From positions 62,001 to 126,000 of the forward strand of contig JAWQFM010000034.1 in NCBI GenBank assembly GCA_033442325.1: a stretch of DNA of 64,000 nt, given 5' to 3'. This DNA is from Salpingoeca rosetta (taxonomy: Eukaryota; Protista; Choanoflagellata). Positions 56,897-64,000 of the stretch are shown one piece after another; the first letter of the stretch is position 1, and each line of letters opens with the position of its first letter. The notes under the pieces were generated by a model. That model did no database searches. It saw nothing but the letters and a program-made list of their open reading frames with translations, and had not been told where the DNA came from. Position numbers and translations under genes: made by a program.

Positions 56897-59828
56897 TCAG
56901 AATCCAAACAGGTCCATGCTGAGCTCAGCCAGGAGGGCGCGGCCCTTGCCATCGTCGGGGGTGTTGCTTGCAAGCACGGCGTTGGAGGAGCCAACAACGT
57001 AGACCATGCGCGCCGCTGCGTCCACCGCAATGCCACCAACCGTCTCCGCGCCCTCCGTCTCAACAAACTGCGTGTGGACGTGTGCGCCCGTCTGCGCGTC
57101 AAACGCCAAGACAGCCACGTCGCTCTCCGTCTCCGTGGCGCGTGGAGCACCAGCAAGGCCGCCCTCAATCAGCGCAGCGACATACACCGTCCCGTTGGCA
57201 ACAGCAACGCCCGCACCCACGTCCGTGCCGCTGCTGCCAACAAGCGCCGTCCACACGACTGCCCCGCTGCTTGCGTCGACGCGCACCACAAACACGTCCG
57301 AGCTGCCCTGGTTGACAAGCGCATCGTCATCGTCACCACTGCTCCAGTCGCTGAACGACTGACCCACCACAAACACGTCGCCCGTGCCCGTGCCCGTGCC
57401 ACCGCCGGCACCACCACCAGCACCATCATCGTTGTCGTCATCCACAGCGAGCGCCATGGCGCGGTCAATCCCGCCAGTGCCCAGGTGCGTGGCCCACGCC
57501 ACGCTGCTGTCGTTGCCTGCAGGCACGAGCCGCACAACAAACCCGTCGTCACGACCAAAGGCAGACGCGCCGTCCGCCACAGGGCCGTTGCTCCGGCCGG
57601 AGACAAACACGTTGCCCGTCCCCTTGTCCACGGCCAGGCCGCGCCCGCTGTTGTAGCGGTTCGAGCCAAACACGCGCGTCCACAGCACCTGCCCCGTCGT
57701 GGCGTTGCGTGCTGCCACCACCACCTCCGCATCGCTCGTTGCCGGGCGCGTCTGGCCTGTCGCGTACACAATGCCGCCGTGCACCGCAACGCTCTCGTAG
57801 TTGTCCACGCCACCAAGCGAGCCAACCTGGCTGCTCCACACCACCGCGCCCGTGCCCGCGTCCAAACGAACGGCAAACGCATCCTCTTCGCCGATCAGTG
57901 GCCCATACAGTGAACCCTGCGTGCCGCCGCCAACAATGACGTCACCGGACGCCTCGTCCACCGCAACCGAGGTTGCGTAATCGTCCGCGGGCGTGCCCAG
58001 CTGCGCGCTCCACAGCAGCTCACCGCTCTGCTTGGAAATGTGCAGCACAAACGCATCCCTGCCGCCGCTGTGCGAACCGCCGGCAACAGCGCCTGGGGTG
58101 CCGCCCACCACCGTGACCGTGGCCGCGCTGCTGCTCGTGTACACTGCCGTTGCCTCGCTCTCCGCCGGCAATTGCAGCACATCTGGCCACGCAGGCAGCA
58201 GGTCGTCCGGCAGCGTCGTCGTCGTCGTCGTTGTTGTTGTTGTTGTTGTTGAGGGGAGGAGTAGGGTGGTGGTTGCGGTGCCTGCCGTTGTTGGTGCTGT
58301 GCCGGTGCCAATGGTGGTGGTCGTTGCGTTGGTGCCGTTGGGTGCGCCCGCCGCCGTGTTGCGCCCCTGCGCACCGCTCTTCAGGCGAATCACGGGGAAC
58401 ACAATCGCCAGCACAGCCAGCACGCACAGCGCAGCCACAACATACGCCCACCGCAGGCACATGGGGCTGCCGTCGTCCTCGTCATCATTGTCGGCTGCAT
58501 CCCGGCTGCTGTCGCGCGACCCCTTGGCCAGGGGATAGTGGCTGCTTCGCCGAGACTCCCGCCGGTCCCGTCCACCACCGACCCCACCGACACCAATACT
58601 GCCACGACGTCCGCCACCGCCGCCGCCAATGCTGCTGACGCTACTGCCGCGGCGGGCGCCACCAGGGCCCACGCTGCGGGCGTCGTCGCTGTACGTCTCG
58701 TCCATATCCACCGACACAAACGTCTGCAGATCAATGGGTCGGCGCAGGTCGGTAGGCAGCGCACGCGAGCTGCGGCGCGGGGCTGGCGACGAGCTGGCAG
58801 ACCGCACGCCCTCCCAGGCCACATATGGGGAGATGGAGCCCCGGTGCTGGCGCTGGTGCACGGCACGATACAGCGGCTCGGGCGTCTTGCGGCGGACCGC
58901 GGGGGAGCGACGGAGGTCAGGCATGGACCCGCGCCCCAGGTTGCTCATCGCAAGCCCCCCACGGCCAATACCGCCCCCGCCATTGTTGGTGCTGCTGGCG
59001 GTGGTGTTCGGGCTGCTGGCCTTGCCGCCGCTGCTGCTGTGGTGGTAGTGCACGGGTGGCACAGCCAGGCTGCTGCGCTTTGGCCGCGGCGACCGGGGCA
59101 TGTTCGCAAGGCTGTCGCTGCTGTTGCCAATCCTATTGCCGACCTTGAGGATGCTTGGTCGGCGCCAGCCAAAGCTGCCCCTGCGCGCGTCACCGCCACT
59201 GGCTGTACTGCTTGCTGTCGTCGTGTCGAGCGGGTGTGGCCTGCGCTGCATCCCCGGCGACGGGGCTGGGGAGATGAGAGCTGACACGAGGGACCGCGTA
59301 CATGCACTGTCAGACCGCGACCGCTGGCGCCCCTGCACGGCCGGCGACACCCGGCGCAGCTGTGGTGGTGGTGTTGGGTGTGGTTACATGTGTGTGTGTG
59401 TGTGTATGTGTGTGTTGTGTGTTGAGAGGGAGGAGGGAAAGATGAAGAGGTGGATGGAGTGGGATGAGTAGAATGGGCGCGGGTGCAAGATACGAAGACA
59501 GAGAGAGATCGGGAGGGTGAGAGAGAGGGGGAGGGTGTGGAGGTGTGTGTGTGTGTGTGTGTAAGTGTGTGTGCTTGCAAGACCGGGATCGAAGGTGGTA
59601 TTGTACCGTTGTGCGTGCAACGCATGCGCACGATGGCGTCTCACCTCACACTCTGACTCACTGACCGTGCACGAGAGTGACTCCTTGTCGGCGGTGAGGT
59701 GCTGCACAACATCCTGCAGCGACGTGCATGTCTTGGACATGGTGCGCCCGTCCAGCATCACCATGCCGTTGGTCCGCTTCAGGCTGTGGTGCTCCAGCTT
59801 GCCCGACGTCCCCACCTGTCGTGGAGTG

Positions 59829-59883
<55 letters not shown>

Positions 59884-60501
59884 GGGTTGTTGTGTTGTCA
59901 ATGCGCGTCAATATGTTGGAATAAACAGCAACAATTGGACAAATGAAGAAGAGCAGCCAACGACAGACAGACACTCGCATATCCGAACACATTCACGCAC
60001 ACGCACGCATACACGCACGCACGTCTTTCTTCCCACCATGCTGAGGTTGACGTTGCCTGTGGTCTGGTTCTCCCACATGAGAAAAGACCCGGGCACCTTC
60101 TGTCGCTTCAGCATCGCCTCTGCTTGCTCTTTTGTCGCCGTCACAGACGGTTTGAACTTCTTGGCTTCCTCCTCATCATCGTCATCATCATCGTCGTCGT
60201 CGTCGTTGTGCCCGCCCTCATCATCGCTGCTCACAAAGCTGCGGATGGAGGGGGTTGTTGTGGCACGCGTGCTCCTCCCATCACCACCATCCTCTTCATC
60301 ATACTCCGCAGGCCAGACAATGCTGTCGACACTGATGATGCTTGGCCGCTTCGGCATGGCGGATGACGCGACAGACGATCTGTCGACAGAGACCTCCCGC
60401 GAGCTGCCCTCGGCACCCGTGATGACCACATCAATGTACTCGTCTGGCGCGAGCGACAGCCGCTGCCGCCGCGTGCCGCCCTCATCCTGTTGAGAGAGTG
60501 T

Positions 60502-60588
<87 letters not shown>

Positions 60589-61249
60589 GTGTCAGTGCGG
60601 AGTCGGATGCAACCTGCTATGCGAAAACAATGTCAGCACAAAAAAAGAAGGTTGAGCGCCAACATCGTCATCACATCCAAACACACACACACACACACAA
60701 AAGCAAAATCACAGGCACACACCCACACCCACACGTTCGCTCGCGTACAACGTACGCACTCACAAAGTGCACGTGTTTTGACTCTTCGCTGTGAAACAGT
60801 GTTTCCTCAATCTGAGAGTCAGGCAGGGATTTGCGAAGACCGGCTTCAAGCTCGGCCATGACCGGTAGCGGGATGGTGCGCGTGCCCGTGGCCGTGTTCC
60901 AAAGGACGTGCTTGACGGAGGCGTCCAGGCCCATGACAAAGTGCAGCGTGCGCTCATCTGTCGATTTGGCGCGCGGGTTGACGAGCTGAATGGCAACAAT
61001 GGGGCTGGTCGCGCGGGCCAGGATGTCGTAGTGATCAAGCAGGTGCTCTGCGAGCGCCTTGGTGTGCATGAGCACGATGAGTCCAAAGTGATCAGCGTCG
61101 TTGAGCTCCAGCAGCTCCTCCACGTCCTCCACGACGTCAATGGTACGCACGGAGTAGTCGCGAGACTCCAGTTCCACCTTCAGGGCCTGCGTCGCCTTCA
61201 GGCCATCCTTGGCCACAAACCACACGCACACATCTTCATCCGCACTCAT
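56897..61249 (-). CDS. Type II membrane protein: TIR-like/alpha-beta N-terminal domain, degenerate SH2, S/R-rich linker, TM helix, Thr-rich stalk, SBBP-like beta-propeller; exons 61249-60764, 60486-60037, 59815-59666, 59359-56897
   Basis: All three introns are phase 0 with GT..AG and join in frame. SH2-like part: ATKEQAEAMLKRQKVPGSFLMWE...VNLSMV...LEHHSL...SLQDVVQHL...LSCTL. TM: WAYVVAALCVLAVLAIVFPVI. Propeller: repeated 'DAFvvrld..sG.vvW..qlG....D....vAVD...G.VfV.G.s' blades. Confidence 0.8.
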
Positions 61250-61256
61250 GGCGGCG

Positions 61257-61397
<141 letters not shown>

Positions 61398-62499
61398 GGC
61401 GGTGGCGGTGGTTCGGTGAGCAATCGTCGTTGTTTGGCTCTGTTGATGTTTGCAGGTGCTGTTGTTTGCTGTCAACCAAGAAAGAGCGAGCGCTCGTGCT
61501 CTCGACGCGTCTGCGCTTCCGGTCAACACTTAAACTGAGACAGGAACGTCTTCGCTCTTCGGAGAAACAGGTGCTCGTGCAAGACCGGGATGTACAGGGG
61601 GCTGCGCTTGCTGCGTTTTGCCTCGTTTGAATGTACTCTGCTGTTGTTGGTGGTGTAGTGGCAAGGGAACGAAAGCAACAGGAGGGAGAGTGAGAGTGAG
61701 CGACGAACCAAAGAGCCGCAATGCAATCGAAGAAACAAGGGAAGCAAAGATCGGCCAACAAGCAAGCCCACAACGCACGCACGCAAAGCAGGCAAAGCAT
61801 CCCTGCATCCCTTTCGTCACTTACAACATGTCGTTCATACCAGCTGCCCATGAGTCGGCTGCCTGCACCATCACGGCACAGCACGGCACAACACGGCACA
61901 GCACAGCGTGCCACGGTACCATGTCTCGGCCTCTCGTGACTTTTTCGGCGATGGGCATGACATGACGTCACAATCACCTCACAGGATCAAACGCAAGCAA
62001 GGAAAGCTAGAAAGTTCTATCCCTGTTTGTTCTCCAGGGGGTACTGTGTTTTGCGAATTGCACGGTTGGCCAGTTTCAAGCTAGCGCAATTCGCAACAGA
62101 CGTCAAGGCATGGCAACTGAATTCAGTCTGTAACTAAAATCACACAACACAACCAGCGACACACCCACCATCACCACCACCACTTCCTCTCATCGCCTTC
62201 CTTCCCTCCCCACCATTGGAAGACGATCGCACCCAGCCAACCAGCCTGCGAGCCAGCCAGCCAGCCAGGCAGTCCACCTTGCTTGCTTGGCGTTGGGGCG
62301 GTCGTTTCCCCTTTGCACGCTTGTTGTTGATAGCCGGGGACATTCGTTGTCCTTCCCTCTCTCGCTCTCTTGCTCTTTTTTTGTTTGCCGCGCTGTTGTT
62401 GTGTGGTTGGTCCCCGTTTTGGTGACGAAGTGCTGTTTGGCGTGAAAGTGGGGGTGTGCCTGCATCAGCAGCAGGAGCATCAATCAATCAACCAGCGAC

Positions 62500-63601
62500 A
62501 TGGTGGATGCAGCCACCATCGCCGTGGTGGCGGTGTGCGCGGTTGTGGCCGTCATCCTGATCGTGGCCATTATGTTCTACCTCTACACGCTGGGCCGCTT
62601 CCGGCGCTCGCTCGAAGAACTGGACGACGCAGAGTCACAGAAGCAGCAGCTCAGCAGGGAGAGCTCGCGCAAGGCCTCATCCTCGGCATCCAGACGCGCG
62701 TCCACACACGACGTGCGTCGGCCTTCGTACCTTCAGGATGACAACAGCAACAGCAACACCACCAGTACCACCAACCAGGAGCCTGCACGCCGCAAGAGCA
62801 CCGCATGGGACACCCCTGCCAACGCTGATGGTGCAACAGGCATCTCCTCGCTCTCGCCCCCATCGGCAAACAGAAAGTGCGCGCCACACATGCATGCGTC
62901 GTCGAAATAGCTCGGACTTGTTCGCTGTAATTGTTGTTGTTGTTGGCTGCTGTTGTTGTGCGTGGGGCGTGGACTGCGGGGCGCTGAAGGCTACATACGT
63001 TCGTGCGCCTGTTGTTGTGTCCGCTTTTGGGTTCACGTGTAATGGTGATGATGATGTTGTTGTTTTTGTTGCTTTTGATTCAGGGCCACCCAATGGAATG
63101 TCCCATCTGGTCACATGGCCAACCAAGAGTCAGTTGCATGGATGTATCTGTGTGCGAGTGCATGCAGAAGTTTGCATGCATGTGTGTGTGCGTGGGGGGG
63201 GGTTTGTTGTTGTTCGGCGTTGTTTAGCCTCTTGTCGTATGTCTGTTCGTTTGTCTGTCTGTTGTGTGCGTGTGCATGTGTACGTGTGTGTGCGCGCGTG
63301 CCTATGTGCATGTGTGTGTGCCTCCGTTTTTGTGTGTATGTGTGCGTCTGTGCATGTGTCCGTCTATTCCATCCGTATCCGCCCCCACATCCAACACACA
63401 CACACATCCATCCTCTCACTCCCTGATGCTCACTTCATATCCACTCACTCCTGCGCACGTGCCACGTTGTGTCAGGGCGAGTTCTGGTGTTGCGGAGTTT
63501 CTGGAACCAATGTCCAGTCGGGACTTTGCTCTCGGCGCCCCGGCCCTTCCAGACCAGGAACGCGAGGTGAACACAAACAGAGGGGATGGAAGTGGGTCTT
63601 T

Positions 63602-63693
<92 letters not shown>

Positions 63694-63776
63694 CATTTGA
63701 CTGTATACTGCACCCGTGTATTTCATTTTTCGCACGCCCACACGTCACCCAACTGCTGAAATACACTCACTCATCC

Positions 63777-63816
<40 letters not shown>

Positions 63817-64000
63817 ACACACATACACACACAATCACACACGCGCGCGCGAACAGGTGTTTTCCAATCCGCTCTTTGGAATGGACGAGGCAGAGTTTGA
63901 GGACGACTCACACAACACCACCAACAGCACCACCATCAACAACAACAACAACAGCAACAGCAACGCCGCAACCGACAGCAGCCGTCGGGAGAAGCGCAGT
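62500..64000 (+). CDS. N-terminally anchored single-pass membrane protein, 3' end off the window; exons 62500-62876, 63476-63566, 63857->64000
   Basis: MVDAATIAVVAVCAVVAVILIVAIMFYLYTL is followed by basic RFRR. Exons splice in frame to ...SANRK|ASSGVAEFL...QERE|VFSNPLFGMDEAEF. Confidence 0.7.

Noticed and set aside
56840-59471. Several long plus-strand ORFs over the propeller exon
   Set aside because: GC-rich antisense frames of the real minus-strand exon.

Overview
Intron-rich eukaryotic genomic DNA full of (GT)n/(CA)n microsatellites, with four N-gaps. The style and gene set point to a choanoflagellate, most likely Salpingoeca rosetta (inference, not verified). Most ORFs in the six-frame track are repeat artefacts, so I rebuilt genes by hand from GT..AG-flanked exons. 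In order: first exon of a secreted protein (-), tripeptidyl-peptidase II (+), a UBAP2/UBAP2L/Lingerer-like protein (+), CPPED1 (-), MEF2 (+), an importin-13/transportin-SR-like karyopherin (+), a soluble guanylate cyclase (-), a large low-complexity unknown (+), an AGBL5/CCP5-like carboxypeptidase (+; catalytic-Glu exon not visible, followed by a foreign-looking block with a probable LTR), selenoprotein H with an in-frame UGA (-), a Kv-beta aldo-keto reductase (-), a type II membrane protein with TIR-like, degenerate SH2 and beta-propeller parts (-), and a signal-anchored protein running off the end (+). Best leads: (1) the SelH 3' region has no canonical SECIS that I could find, but holds a ~380-nt multibranch RNA fold, favoured on the mRNA strand, containing a SECIS-like apical hairpin without the G.A core; (2) the sGC carries the O2-binding distal Tyr and Cys-Pro heme-regulatory-like motifs; (3) the inverted TIR/SH2-propeller receptor; (4) introns with complementary GT-rich 5' and CA-rich 3' halves.
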